Source of the DNA: Octopus sinensis
Taxonomy: Eukaryota
DNA: 64,000 nt
Reading direction: 5' to 3'
Assembly (NCBI RefSeq): GCF_006345805.1
Contig: NC_043020.1
Span: 29,822,001 to 29,886,000, forward strand
In this document: positions 12,159 to 24,612 of the stretch, piece after piece
How the letters are laid out: each line of letters starts with the position of its first letter
Numbering within the stretch: position 1 is the stretch's first letter
Notes under the pieces: generated by a model
What the model was told of the DNA's origin: nothing
The model's database searches: none
The model's input: only the letters and a program-made list of their open reading frames with translations
Program-made: the position numbers and the translations under genes

Positions 12159-12499
12159 CTAATTAATTAAATGAAAACACAATTTCAGAGAAAAAAACAA
12201 CAAAAGAAATATTTGTCATTTAATTTAAATTCTTCTCATCAATTAAATGAAAAGAGGGACATGCCCCATGGGACAGACACTGGCACTCTTCACAGTCCCC
12301 AGGCTTGCCAGATCTTGTTAAACCACCCGAACCATCATGATGATGATGATGATGAAAAGGAGTACTGCTTAGGCTTCGAGTGAATAACAGGAGAAAGATG
12401 AACATTACTTCTTAATATCTATTCATTGATTGCTATCAAAAGGTTGGCAAGCCCAAAGCCTATTATGAAAAAAGGTCATTGGTCAGTGTTAATAGTTAC

Positions 12500-12654
12500 C
12501 TGTTGGCCTTCAGATGTGTAGCACACCTGTCCTTCTGAGGTGTTGATAACGAGTGTACCTTCACTGTCTTCAGGCAAACCACTTCCATCAGCAGCACTTA
12601 AACTGTAGTGCAGACGAGGTTTCTTTTCAAGACTCTCACCTCCATCGTCAATAT
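12500..12654 (-). CDS. ZNF143: ZNF143 coding exon 11 (DIDDGGESLEKKPRLH...TSEGQQ)
   Basis: Inside ORF 12476..12679; acceptor TTTAATTATTGTAG, donor CAG|GTAACT; 155 nt, phase 1-0. A possible alternative donor CAG|GTGTGC lies 27 nt upstream, in frame. Confidence 0.85.
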
Positions 12655-13588
12655 CTACAATAATTAAACAAAGAATCAATAAGGGTCAATAAGAAGGGTT
12701 CGTTGTGAAGAAAAATATCAAAGTTTAAAACGAAACCAGTTTCTGAAAGTGAGAAGCAAAATGATTGATTGTGCTTGAAGAGGAAGACCCATGAAGCCAA
12801 GTAAGATTGCAGTTGTGGCAGATACCAGTGTCACGCAAATGGCACCTGTGCCAGTGGCACATAAAAGCACTTTTTGAGCATTGAGCCTCATGGAGGCAAG
12901 GACCGAGGCCATTTGACATTATGCTGGGCTTTGAGCATTGGGCCTCACGAAGGCAATGATCAAATCCATTTAGCATTATGCCATGCTTGAGAAAACCCAT
13001 CAAGCCAAGTAAAACCACAGTCGTGGCAGATACTGGTGTCACGCAAATGGCACCTGTGCCAGTGGTATGTAAAAGCACCCATTACACTCTCAGAGTGGTT
13101 GGTGTTAGGAAGGGCATCCAGTCATAGAAACCATGCCTAAACAGACTGCAGTCTGGTGCAGCCCCTCGGTTTAGCAGCCCTGGTCAAACCATCCAACCCA
13201 TGCCAGCATGGAAAACGGACGCTAAATGATGATGATGATGAAGAAGAATATTAATTAAATTTTAAAACAAAGTCAGTTTCTGAATGTGAGGACCATGTGT
13301 ATAATCGACCGATTACCAACTGGAGCACAAAATGCTCAGCAGCTGCTTGAGAAGAATGGTTCAAGCCAAGGGAGGTGGTACTCGTGGCTGATACCAGTGT
13401 TTCATAACTGGCACTCGTGTCGGTAGCACGTGAAAAGTACCCAGTACACTCTCGAAGTGGTTGGCATTAGGAAGGGCATCCAGCTGTAGAAACCTTACCA
13501 AATCAGATTAGAGCTTGGTGCAGCTCCTCAGATTGCCAGTTTTCTGTCAAGCCATCCAATCCATGCCAGCATGGAAAACGGATGCTGG

Positions 13589-13635
13589 ATGATGATGATG
13601 ATGATGATGACGATAACGATGATGATGATGATGAC

Positions 13636-13676
<41 letters not shown>

Positions 13677-13704
13677 CGATGATGATGATGATGATGACGA
13701 TGAC

Positions 13705-13757
<53 letters not shown>

Positions 13758-13791
13758 CGATGATGATGATGATGATGACGATGATGATGAC

Positions 13792-13847
<56 letters not shown>

Positions 13848-13859
13848 CGATGATGATGA
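13589..13859 (+). repeat. (GAT)n trinucleotide tract, ~90 units with GAC interruptions; expanded tail of a family B SINE
   Basis: Directly visible; gives the spurious poly-D/M/S/I ORFs. Confidence 0.97.
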
Positions 13860-14065
13860 ATAGCTTCCAGTTTTGCATTCTGGGTTCAAATGCTACCAAG
13901 GTTGACTTTGCTTTTCATTGATTTGGAGTTGATAAAATAATTACAATTTGAGCACTGGTGGGGGGGGGGGCAATGAAATCAACTTGCCCCTCTCCCCGTC
14001 AAAATCAATTCCCTTGTGCCAAAAATTCAAAAGAATTTTTTCCCATGATGTGAAGAGGAACTTAC

Positions 14066-14299
14066 CTGGAGGCTGTTCACCACTCAAGAGTTGGGCTGCT
14101 TCACTCTCAGCAGTCACCTCTTCCCCGTGGGCAGTCCGTTTGTGCATTGCCAACGTGGAGGTTTGCCGATATGTCTTACCACAATGGTTGCACACGTAAG
14201 GCTTGGAATGAGTGTGAACAACATGATGTTTATATAAGCTAGAATATTCTGTAAACCGCTTGCCACAATCTTGCACAGTGCAGACATAAGGTTTTTCCC
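14066..14299 (-). CDS. ZNF143: ZNF143 coding exon 10, zinc fingers 6-7 (GEKPYVC...[42 protein letters not shown]...)
   Basis: Inside ORF 13941..14342; acceptor TATTTCTCAG, donor CAG|GTAAGT; 234 nt, phase 1-1. Confidence 0.97.
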
Positions 14300-14534
14300 C
14301 TGAGAAATAAATATTAATAAGCAAAATAAATACATAAATCAAAATATCAAATACTCACACCTACCCACCCACCAATAACATCATATTAAATGTCACCATT
14401 GACATGGAACTTACTGCAGTTTTCATCTGAGATGAAAACAAAACCTCTTATGGACATACTATGCTTCAGACAATAAATATCACACACACACACACATATA
14501 TATATATAATTAATGTAGGATAAAATTTTTTTCC

Positions 14535-14941
14535 CGAAAAATTTTTTATCCTACATTAATTATAAATTGAATAGTGTTCACTTCTGGATTCTCTCACTCT
14601 GTGAAAGTTTCTAGTTCGAATCACACGTGTCTCGAGATGTGCCGAAGATTTTTCTATTTTGGATGTGTTTGGGGTACTTAGGTCTGCTCAGGACTTAGTG
14701 CTTGCTTTTTCCATGGGTATGAGTAAGTATTTCACTTATATCTCACGTATTTATCGCTGAAGAGGGGAAAATTTTCTTATGAATTAACCCCGAAATTGGA
14801 CCAATACGGTAATAACAAATTTTTTAGAGATTTCTATCGGTTTGTTTCGAGACACATGAATTATAATGGTTTATTGACAATTATTGTCTTTTTTCGGCAT
14901 ATTTGACATTAGAATTTTTCTTTTGCCCTTATCTTGTAAAT
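14535..14941 (+). mobile_element. Probable Penelope-derived non-autonomous element with hammerhead-like motif at 14746-14808
   Basis: Flanked by (TA)n on both sides; ~28-bp inverted duplication at the left end (14505-14564); CTGAAGA-GGGG...CCCC-GAAA core. Confidence 0.5.
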
Positions 14942-14997
14942 TATATATATATATATATATATATTAGAAGGTTTGTAGGTGATGTACAGGTATTATA

Positions 14998-15254
14998 TAT
15001 TAGAAGAAATAAGGTACTCAGAAATCTGGATGGTTTTATATTTACAGATTTTTATTAGTATGTTACATGTTTTTATATATCATATATCATTGCTTTCGTC
15101 CACTCTAGTAGAATCTCCAGATTTGAATGTGTTTGAGAGGATTTGTCTCTTTTTATAGTATTATTGAGTGTGTAGGGGTGGGGAGAGATATAAGATTATT
15201 TTAGATGTAAATATAAAACCATCCAGATTTCTGAGTACCTTATTTCTTCTAATA
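14998..15254. mobile_element. Inverted-repeat element with perfect 49-bp arms
   Basis: 14998-15046 (TATTAGAAGAAATAAGGTACTCAG...TTTACA) is the reverse complement of 15206-15254. Confidence 0.88.
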
Positions 15255-15745
15255 CACACACACACACACATACAAACACACACATATATACATATACAAA
15301 TGTACAAATTTAGGAATGATACATCTCTTGATGGTTAAAGGACAAAACTGACTGAAAGATAACAACGAAATAAATATTGGCTGGCACCATGCAAAAAGGT
15401 ATCCAGTACACTATACAAAGTCGTTGGCATTAGGAAGGACCTCCAGCCATAGAAACATGCCAAAACAGACGACAGGAGCCTGATGCAGCCCTCCAGCCTG
15501 GCCAGCTCCTGTCAAACTATCCAACCTATGCCAACAGACGTTAGGTGATGATGATGATGATACACACCATGGTTGAGAGTGATGCTCTGAAAAATTATCC
15601 TGTTAACCCCAATATGATTAACAATAATAAATGGGAAAGTTTAAAAAAGAATCAGAAAATGACCCCCCCCAAGGGTCCAAATGACAATCACAAGCTTTGT
15701 ATAAGTGAATGGGAAAAGACTTTCAATTTACGATGGAATGCTTAC

Positions 15746-15925
15746 CTGTATGTATTCGGACATGGTTTTTATAGTTGGTTGCTGAAGCAAAAGCTCGTCC
15801 ACAGCCGTCTTCCTGACAGGTGTAAGGCCTCTCACCTGTGTGTGTTCGGATGTGAACTTTACGGATATTGGATGTGGTAAACGATCTTTCACAACCCACA
15901 AAGGGACATTTAAATGGTCTTTCAC
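15746..15925 (-). CDS. ZNF143: ZNF143 coding exon 9, zinc fingers 4-5 ([12 protein letters not shown]...TTSNIRKVH...[15 protein letters not shown])
   Basis: Acceptor TTCCATCTTGTAG, donor CAG|GTAAGC; 180 nt, phase 1-1. Confidence 0.97.
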
Positions 15926-16389
15926 CTACAAGATGGAAGAAAAAGAAAGAGAAATGAAAAAAAAAAAACGGAGAATAAAGTTGGAAGAGATGATGTTGAG
16001 AATGAGAGATGAATTTTGAAAGGGATTAGTTCCAGGGAGAGGGGAGGTAACTGGTAGCACAAAGGGGGGTGAATTATGTGCATCTTCTGCTCATATGATT
16101 AGTGCTCTATTTAAAAGAGGGACAAGATGGGTGAATAGGGAAGGCTTCATAGAGAAAAACTGGGTGCAAGGGCAAGGCTCAGTGAGTGTCTAGACATAAG
16201 CAGAATATTTTTAGGACCTCGCTTTCATTAAGATGAAAGGGTCTCCTTGAAGCACAGCAAACTGGCACTCATCTCAATCCTTTGTCATACCCTCTGTGAA
16301 GCTCAACACCTTGAGATCAGCCTTCACTGCTTCGTCCTGTGTCTTCTTTGGGTTGCTTTCTTCCAAAAGTTCCATCTATATTTAGTAAT

Positions 16390-16700
16390 TGACACTATAC
16401 AGTTTTTGTCCTCCATACACATCACATAGCCATACCAGCACCCAGCCTTTTCTCTTGCACACGGCATCTGATTTCTCTTCTGCCTAATTTTTTCTCTCAA
16501 CATATCAGAACTTAGTCATACAGGCTCACTCACGCTGTACGTCCACTGGAGCATATCAGCTTCATTCCTTTCTAATCTTTGTATGTCCTCTGCATCCAGA
16601 AACCACATTTCACAACCATCAAACACTCTTGTTTGTACACAAGCATCATACAATCTGCCTTTCATTCTGGGAGAGAAACCTTTTGTTACAGACAGAGATC
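16390..16700 (-). mobile_element. RTE-clade LINE reverse transcriptase C-terminal remnant
   Basis: Translates to KGFSPRMKGRLYDACV...GCEMW...RLERNEADMLQW...LREKLG...VQEKRL. Confidence 0.75.
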
Positions 16701-16864
16701 ATAGATGTGGTGTGTGTGTGTATAAAAATACAGTGTACATTTAAACACATAAGAGATGGCCATAACAGGACATCTGACCCACTAGAAGGAGTAGTTATAC
16801 TCCAAACCACTTGGCACTATTTTTTGCTACCCTGGAATTTATATATATATATATATATATATAT

Positions 16865-17106
16865 AATGTAAAGTATAGAAGCCATCTTATCATGGCTAAC
16901 CACATTGGGGAGGGGGTGTTACTGTAGCTTTATAGCCCGAAGAGATCGCCGTCTCTAGCTGGATTTATTTGCAAATACTCCAAGGACACTGATATTGTGT
17001 CTAAAGCCAGCTAGAGACAATGATCTCTTGGGGCTATAAAGCTACAGTAACACCCCCTCCCCAATGTGGTTAGCCATGATAAGATGGCTTCTATACTTTA
17101 CATTAT
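16865..17106. mobile_element. Foldback element with ~99-bp near-perfect inverted arms and 44-bp spacer
   Basis: Arms 16865-16962 and 17007-17106; adjacent to (TA)n. Confidence 0.9.
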
Positions 17107-17148
17107 CGAGCGATTACTGTTTCAATCTCATTTGAGATTTAATTATGC

Positions 17149-17181
<33 letters not shown>

Positions 17182-17503
17182 AGGCAGCAGTAAGCAATGT
17201 GTACCAACAAGGAAAACTATATCATTAAATATGACTGAGGGTGTTAGAAACACCTACATTGCTAGAAATAAGAGCTAAACACTCTCATACTACAATCAAA
17301 GCACACATAATTGTATACATACATGCTGACAGACTGTAATCACCTGAAAAGCAGCAGTCAAGGTATATACACACACACACAGTGTAACTTGAGTTCTGCC
17401 AAATATAAATTTGAAACTCTTACTACAACAAGAATTTTGTAATAAGTGTTTTGCTGTGGAATATAATGAAATGTGTAAAGAAAGCATTGCTGTGTGTTCT
17501 AAC

Positions 17504-17705
17504 CTGTGTGAGTTCGAACATGTTTTTGTAAATCCCCAGATGTCTTGAATGCTTTATCACAGTTTTCTTCAGGGCACTTGTAAGGTTTCTCGCCAGTATG
17601 GACTCTGGTATGACTCTTCAGGCCATACCCAGTGGCAAATGCCTTTCTGCAACCAGGAAATTTGCACTTGAAAGGACGATCTCCTGTATGGGATCGTTCA
17701 TGAAC
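17504..17705 (-). CDS. ZNF143: ZNF143 coding exon 8, end of finger 1 plus fingers 2-3 ([14 protein letters not shown]...ATGYGLKSH...[15 protein letters not shown])
   Basis: Acceptor CTTCTCTTTCTAG, donor CAG|GTTAGA; 202 nt; recognition helices match ZNF143 as recalled. Confidence 0.97.
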
Positions 17706-18111
17706 CTAGAAAGAGAAGTGAAAATAACAAGTAAGCCAAAAAGAGAATTACTATATAGGGTTACCAACATTATATATATCATCATCATCATCATTTGATT
17801 CCATTTTTCCATGCTTGCTTCAAAGAATTTATTGAGGGAGATTTTCTATGGCTGGACGCCCTTCTTGTTCAAAACAAGGTAATATTCTCCCATAGCTAGA
17901 CATCCTATTCATGGAAGACTGGGAAACGAAACAACCCCACTTGTATGTCAATGATGCTTGTTTACAACCATCACATGCTGTCTAAAGAAAATTAAACACA
18001 CATGCATATATGTATATGAAGGGCTTCCACATAGTTTCTGCTACCAAATCCTCTCATAAGGCTTTGGTTGGCTCAGGGCTGTAGTAGAAAACACTTGCTC
18101 AAAAAGGTTAA

Positions 18112-18208
18112 CCCCCAAAAATTTATAAATTTAAATGATAATTAAGATGAATATTTTTGCATCATATACAACCAGAGTCAATGACAGATGGCTTGGTAGT
18201 GAAAGGGG
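18112..18208. mobile_element. Possible piggyBac-type mini-MITE
   Basis: TTAA|CCCC ... GGGG|TTAA boundaries; sits where a family A SINE breaks off; TIR match is short. Confidence 0.4.
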
Positions 18209-18247
18209 TTAATTAATAGATTAGTTGACAGCGAGACATCTACTCAC

Positions 18248-18373
18248 CTTTAGATGGTGTTGTGTTGTATACAAACGCTCACAGCCTTCAAATACACATC
18301 GATAGGACCGTTCTCCAGGAATTGCAAGTCCTTTGTCTGCTGTGGTCAATGGGCTGGAGTTTGTAATTACTGC
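18248..18373 (-). CDS. ZNF143: ZNF143 coding exon 7, zinc finger 1 (...GERSYRCVFEGCERLYTTQHHLK)
   Basis: Acceptor TTCCTCTGTTTAG, donor AAG|GTGAGT; 126 nt, phase 0-0. Confidence 0.95.
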
Positions 18374-19995
18374 CTAAACAGAGGAATTGGACATTACAAC
18401 AAAAAATGAAAAAGGAAAAACTATTTTAACAATCAAGAAGTGAGAATAAAACTTGATAAATCTAAAAACCAAAATCTCACACGAACAGATATCAGAGACA
18501 TTGCATAAAGACATCTTGTTATAAAACCTCAGCTCCATTTATTTATATGTGCTCTGGTACAGACAATAATTCTTTCTACTACAGGCATAAAGCCAGAAAT
18601 TTTATGGGGTGGGGGGGATAGTTGATTATATTGACCCCAGTGCTCAACTGGGGCTTATTTTATGAACCCTAAAAGATGAAAAGCAAAATGGACTTCAATG
18701 GAATTTGAACTCAGAACGTAAAGCCAGAAGAATACTACTAAGCATTTTGTGTTGCAGGTTAACGATTCTGCCACCTTACAGGTATGCTCTACCAATTCTG
18801 TGGATCTTTTATCTTTTACCTGATTCAGTCATTGGACTATGGCCATACTGGGGCACAGCCTTGAAGGGTTTACTCAAACAAATCAACACCAGTTACTGAT
18901 TTTTTTGAAGTCTGATACTCAGGTCACTTTTGCTAAGTTCATGGGGACATAAACAAACCAACATCAGTTGTCAAGTAGTGGGCAAGCTGAGAAACACAAA
19001 CACAAAGAACATACACACACACAGTTATATATTGCTTAGGCACTGCAAGACTAATAACCTAGTGTAGAACTCAATATATGTGTACTTCAGAACAAAGTGT
19101 TAGTTGAGTGCAGAGCAATGATAAGATGATAAATGCATAAGCAATTATCTTTGGAACTCCATTAGCTTACAGTTGTTTCTGCTAGAAGATGCAGTGAACT
19201 CATAGGTGAGTGCCTGAGTAACACCTTATAGCTTCGTTGGAGCCCCTTGAATATGAAGGCTGTAAATTAATGAAGGTCATAAGATAATCATCTATTCCTT
19301 TCTCTTCTCATTTTCATATATATATATATATATATACACCAAAGTCTTAGTAAGTAGGAAGGCAGACAAATCACAAATCCCTTCGGGTAGACAACCCTGC
19401 ACAATCTGTAGAAAAGGCATAGGTAGAAACTCTATAAGATGCACCCAATGTAAGCTTTGGGCACATAAAAGGTGCAGCAATATCACAAGGCCAAAAGTTT
19501 TGGGGTAGATGGGGGCAAGTTGATTACATCGACCTTGGCACATAGCTGGTACTTGTTTTATTAACCTTGAAAAGGGATGACGGGTAAAGTCAACCTTAGT
19601 GGAATCTGAATTCAGAATGTAAAAGACTCGGAAGCATTTTGTCCAGTGAGAAGAATCTGAAGTAGGTTGCAGGTGAGTGGCTTAGCCAGGACATTTTCCT
19701 GCTAGGGTCGGTCAGATATTTTACCTATGGTAAGTGCAACAACATTGTGGTCAACAAATTCATCAAGGCTGAGAGAGACCTCTTATGAGTGACACTCGAG
19801 AACAGAACTCAGTGGATCTTGCTCTACAGAAGCCATCAGATGATTGCTGAGGAGAGAATAAGACCCAAGGTGTTGGAGAAGGTGAATTAATGAATGTTTT
19901 ACTACCTATGAGATGTTGGAAGTGAACAAAACAGGGAGATGGATGGGTTACCCTAGTTATGGACTGTAATACAGTTTCAAAGATCAGGACAGATT

Positions 19996-20400
19996 CTAAG
20001 AGAGAGAGAGAGAGAGACTGAAAAGTTTGGCAAGTATAGGATCTAGCTGAGGGGCACAGTGAATGTAATGGAAGGGGTGTAGGGATATTAACGGGGCTGG
20101 TGGGATTATCAGTTTGAAGTAACAGGAAATGTTCTTGGCATATACGGAGAATTGTGGAATGCAGTAGAAAAGTTTTGAGTGTGTGTAATGTGAAGCTGGA
20201 TGCAAATTAGACAGCAAATGTAGCCGACTTCGCGAATATTGCTTAGAGAAGAGCCATCTTGGTTTCATGATTGGTGGGAAGGGGTTTTTTGAAAAGCTGA
20301 CAGAGATTCTTTTGGAAAGAGACCAGAAGGACTGAGTACAGTTTGAGAGGCAGGCAATGCAATGCAAAAAGACATCTTTTGCATTATGGGTGGTCGCCTT
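19996..20400 (-). mobile_element. Decayed CR1/Jockey-group LINE ORF2 (pre-RT region)
   Basis: ORF 19996..20367 contains SFWSLSKRIS..F...FPP and CAPQLDPILAKLF, typical of the linker before the RT domain. Confidence 0.6.
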
Positions 20401-20657
20401 GCATGAGATGCCACGGTGAATTACCCAACCACATAAACCAAAGTTTGTAAAATTAAGTGTGTGGATCTGTGGTACAACGCTATGCTAATAGAAGGCATCG
20501 AGCAGTGGGACCCATCAGCCGAGAGTTCCTCATCCATTTGAGGCTTTTATCTCAGTCTCCACCAGAGTAACAGACACAGATACATGGCAAGCCGAAAACG
20601 TCAACAGCAAGATTTCTCATGATTATCACACACTACAATATTATGCATCCAACTTAC

Positions 20658-20714
20658 AATGCCAGTGGGTTTCACATCAATGTCATCCTCATTCAGAGAA
20701 TTTTCATCTGTAAG
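20658..20714 (-). CDS. ZNF143: ZNF143 coding exon 6 (LTDENSLNEDDIDVKPTGI)
   Basis: 57-nt phase 0-0 exon with acceptor CTCCTTTTCTTTATAG and donor ATT|GTAAGT; no homology support, inferred from splice signals and open frame. Confidence 0.7.
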
Positions 20715-23700
20715 CTATAAAGAAAAGGAGAATTCACAGGATGTGATTTCACTTTAGATATGCGTTGATTGAATACATATAGGTTTGGGCAACGACTGCG
20801 CTCAACATATGCATCGTGAGCAGCAGGAACGGTAAAGGAAATGCCTTTAGTACAAAGTAACCACAGAGCCATTAAAACTGACAGAAAGCAGCAGAGTTAC
20901 AGCAAAGCTAGTCACGAAGACCACTTCACTTACAAGGAAAATTTTTAGCCAAGAACAAATCACTATTCATAGAACATGAAACCTCGTTACTCACTGAACC
21001 TAGAACCCTGTGGTTTGGAAGTAGACTTCTTACCATACAGCCATACCTATGCCACCTTCATGAGATTCAATCTATTTTGAGTAATCTTCATCACTTTGTC
21101 TCACGTTTTCTCAGGTCTCCCTCTAAGACAGGTTCCACCACTTCAAGTGCTCGGTACTTCTTTATACAACTCAACATCCTTCATATACATCACATGATCG
21201 TGCTAACACAATCTCACACACATACACACACACACACACATATATATATACAACAGGCTTCTTTCAGTTTCCATCTACCTAATCCACTCACAAAGCTTTG
21301 GTGGGCCAAAGGCTATATCAGAAGACACTTACCCAAGATGTCGTGCAATGAGACTGAACCTGGAACCAAGTGGTTGGGAAACAACCTTCTTAACCACACA
21401 GCCATGACTGTATTTTATATTTGTATGATTATATCAGGCAAAGATCAATAGATCCGAAAATGAATACCCTGGGTCACATAAATATTCTATTGAATTATCT
21501 CCCTTCAGGCCAATAACCACTTCACATCTATTTTACAAGAACAAAGAAGCCAGTCAGACAAGTAGGGAGAGATGTACATAACTAAACTCTCAAAGGCACA
21601 GCCAAAGTATAACCAGTAAAAGAAGAATAAAAGAATGGTGAGGCTGAGAGAAGATCACCAGAACTTAACTCATCATGTCAGATAAAAATTTCTGTCACAT
21701 CTGCCAGTGTTGCTTGATTTGGAATTACTTAAACACTCCAATTAATAAATGAATTATTTATATCTTAAGGCATGGTATAAGTATAGACATGATTGTGTGG
21801 TTAAGAAGCTCACTTTGCAACCACATGGTTTTAGGTTCAATTCCACTGTGTGGCACTTTGGGCAAATGTCTTCTACTGCAGCCCTGGGCTTACCAAAACC
21901 TTGAGAGTGAATTTGGTAGATGAAAAATAAGTGGAAACCCATCGTGTATGTGTGTCTGTGTGTATGTGTTTGTATGTCTGTCTATCTTTGTGTTTGTCCC
22001 TCCACCCTGTGACAATCAGTATTGGTTTGTTTACATCCCTGTAACATAGCGGTTTGGCAAAGGAGACCAATAGGATAAGTACTAAGCTTAAAAATTTAAA
22101 AAAACAACAAGTACTGTGGTCAATTTGTTTGAATAAACCTGTTGAGGCTGTGCCCCAGCATGGCTGCTGTCCAATGACTGAAACAAATATAAGACATATA
22201 CACATATACAGACTTATGTACAGAGATATTCAAATCCATGTGCACCAATGGCTGTGTTTCGACCACTCATGTCTTGATAATTATTAGATCAGCAGCAATC
22301 ATATTCCTACATTTATACATTCCTCTACATCAGATCTGAATTTTATTTCGTTTTTTTCAAAGTTTGGAGATTAAAACAACAGTGAAGGATGCTGAAATAA
22401 AGAAACCCTGCATTCAGAAATCATCAGCATTTAACGCCTCTGCTCCATGCTGTCACAGGTCGGATGGTTTGACAAGGATCCAGTGAGTGAAGGATGGCAT
22501 CATACTCCAGCCTCTGCTTTCATATGGTTTCTACAGATGGATGCCCTTTCTGTTGCCAAACCTCACCTGTTTCCAAACAAGGTAATGTTTTCCTGTGGTT
22601 AGACATGTTTTCCACAAAAGACTGGAAATGAACATCACTTGTATAATGACAAATGTTCATTTACAACCATCACAAGACATCAAGACAAGGTACACACACA
22701 CACACACACTCAAGCTTCTTTCAGTTTCTTATTTTTTATTTCCCACAAGGGGCTACACACAGAGGGGACAAACAAGGACAGACAAACGGATAAAGTCGAT
22801 TACATCGACCCCAGTGCGTAACTGGTACTTATTTAATCGACCCCGAAGGATGAAAGGCAAAGTCGACCTCGGCAGAGTTTGAACTCAGAACACAGCAGCA
22901 GACGAAATACCACAAAGCCCGGCGTGCTATTGTTTCTGCCATCTCGCCACCTTCTTTCAGTTTCTTTCTACCAAATTCACTCACAAGGCTTTGGTCAACC
23001 TGGAACTTTAGAAGACACTTGACCAGAATACCACACAGCAGGATACATGCATACATATGTACATACATACAAACACATATATGCATATGTAGGGTAAATT
23101 ATCTACATTACCATATAACTACCAAACAACCTATCAATCCTATGTATCTACTGATCAGTCTATATGTCTGTCCATCTAGCTATCAACCTATCTATCTCTC
23201 TCTGTCTGTCCATTTCTCTACCCATCTACTTTTATACCTACTTCTAAACTCCCAAATCTTTTTTACATCCTAAAAACTTCTGAACTTTCATGTCCACAAA
23301 CCTTTAAAGCTTTTACATCCAGGAACTTTTTTAATAATTTTTATATTCTTGAACTCTGCTACATTTATTGTATTTTATTTTGTTTTTATTTTATTTTTTC
23401 TCACCCCCCCCCCACCTATCTTACTAAATGGAGCCATGCCGCCTGAGTTACACCAACACAATATATATATATAGGTACATGGCTTAGTGGTTAAGGTGTT
23501 GCACTCTCAATGACGAAATCGTGGGTTCGATTCCTAGACTGGGTGTTGCGTTGTGTTCTTGAACAAAGCACTTCATTTCATGTTGCTCTGCAATCATTTC
23601 GACATCTAACATGTGGCACCCATTGCACCTGTACAGGTAATGTCGATCTGATGAAGGGAGTGAGCTTGTGTCTACACAAACATTTGATCATCACTATAAA

Positions 23701-23951
23701 CAAATCATCTGTGTGGTTGTTTGGTAAGGAATTGTCGAACCCTCATACATCGTCTAATGACAGACACACATAAGTGAACACACAGATAGATTTAAAAGAA
23801 CACCTAATGGTAATTAGAGATGAAGGCACAAAGACACTGAAAGAAGAAATCAAAAGTATAGAGAAAAACTTCAATAATTCTTATCACAATCATTCATCTT
23901 AGGAATTTGGAATGTGACAAAGGATAAAATGACATTTCTTCTGTGACTCAC

Positions 23952-24085
23952 ATGTGAATTAAGATGGTCCAAATTGAGTCCTTCACCATCATCCAGACTT
24001 GCAGTGTCACTGAACAATGTCTGAGGTGCAGTGTGAGCAATGTAAGCTGTAGTTCCATCTTCTAGTTGCACTGCTTGAAGACCCT
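23952..24085 (-). CDS. ZNF143: ZNF143 coding exon 5 (EGLQAVQLEDGTTAYIAH...LNSH)
   Basis: Acceptor CTCCTTTTCAG, donor CAT|GTGAGT; 134 nt, phase 1-0; LQAVQLEDGTTAYI is a ZNF143 hallmark. Confidence 0.95.
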
Positions 24086-24498
24086 CTGAAAAGGAGCATG
24101 ACACACTTATTAAGTGGGGTTACAAATATATGTTCAAGTCCTAAACCCTAATGGCTTTTTTTTTCTTCAGTCAACACTACAGAACATTGGGTAGGGTGTC
24201 ACTTATATTTCAAGAGAATGTGAAATAATTATTTTTTGGAATGGTAAAACTCAAAGCAGGTAAATATGAATAATAGCATGTAATTATTGAGTTTGAAAAA
24301 AAACTCTTTGGAAAGAAAAAGTCAAAGCTGTGTCTGTTTCAAGTTTCACCAATCCATAAAAAAGAAAAGAATTTTTTCACATTCTCACGAACTTTCTAAG
24401 TTCTTATGTTGTCAATGGTACCAATACTAATACTACAATTAATAATCAAAAGATTTTAAATCTATAGAACCCAGCCACTTATAATTGAATAACCGTAC

Positions 24499-24612
24499 CT
24501 TTGTGATGGTGATGAAGGTAGGCAGTACTGCCATCTTCCAACTGTACCGGTTGGCCATCAACAAATTTGGTGGTCGTTGTCGTTGTGGTCGCCGTAGCCT
24601 CAGCTTCTGTAA
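24499..24612 (-). CDS. ZNF143: ZNF143 coding exon 4 (VTEAEATATTTTTTTKFVDGQPVQLEDGSTAYLHHHHK)
   Basis: Acceptor TTTTGGTTATCAG, donor AAG|GTACGG; 114 nt, phase 1-1; VQLEDGSTAY repeat. Confidence 0.92.

Noticed and set aside
13503-13921. Poly-S, poly-I, poly-M and poly-D ORFs
   Set aside because: Translations of the (GAT)n tract.
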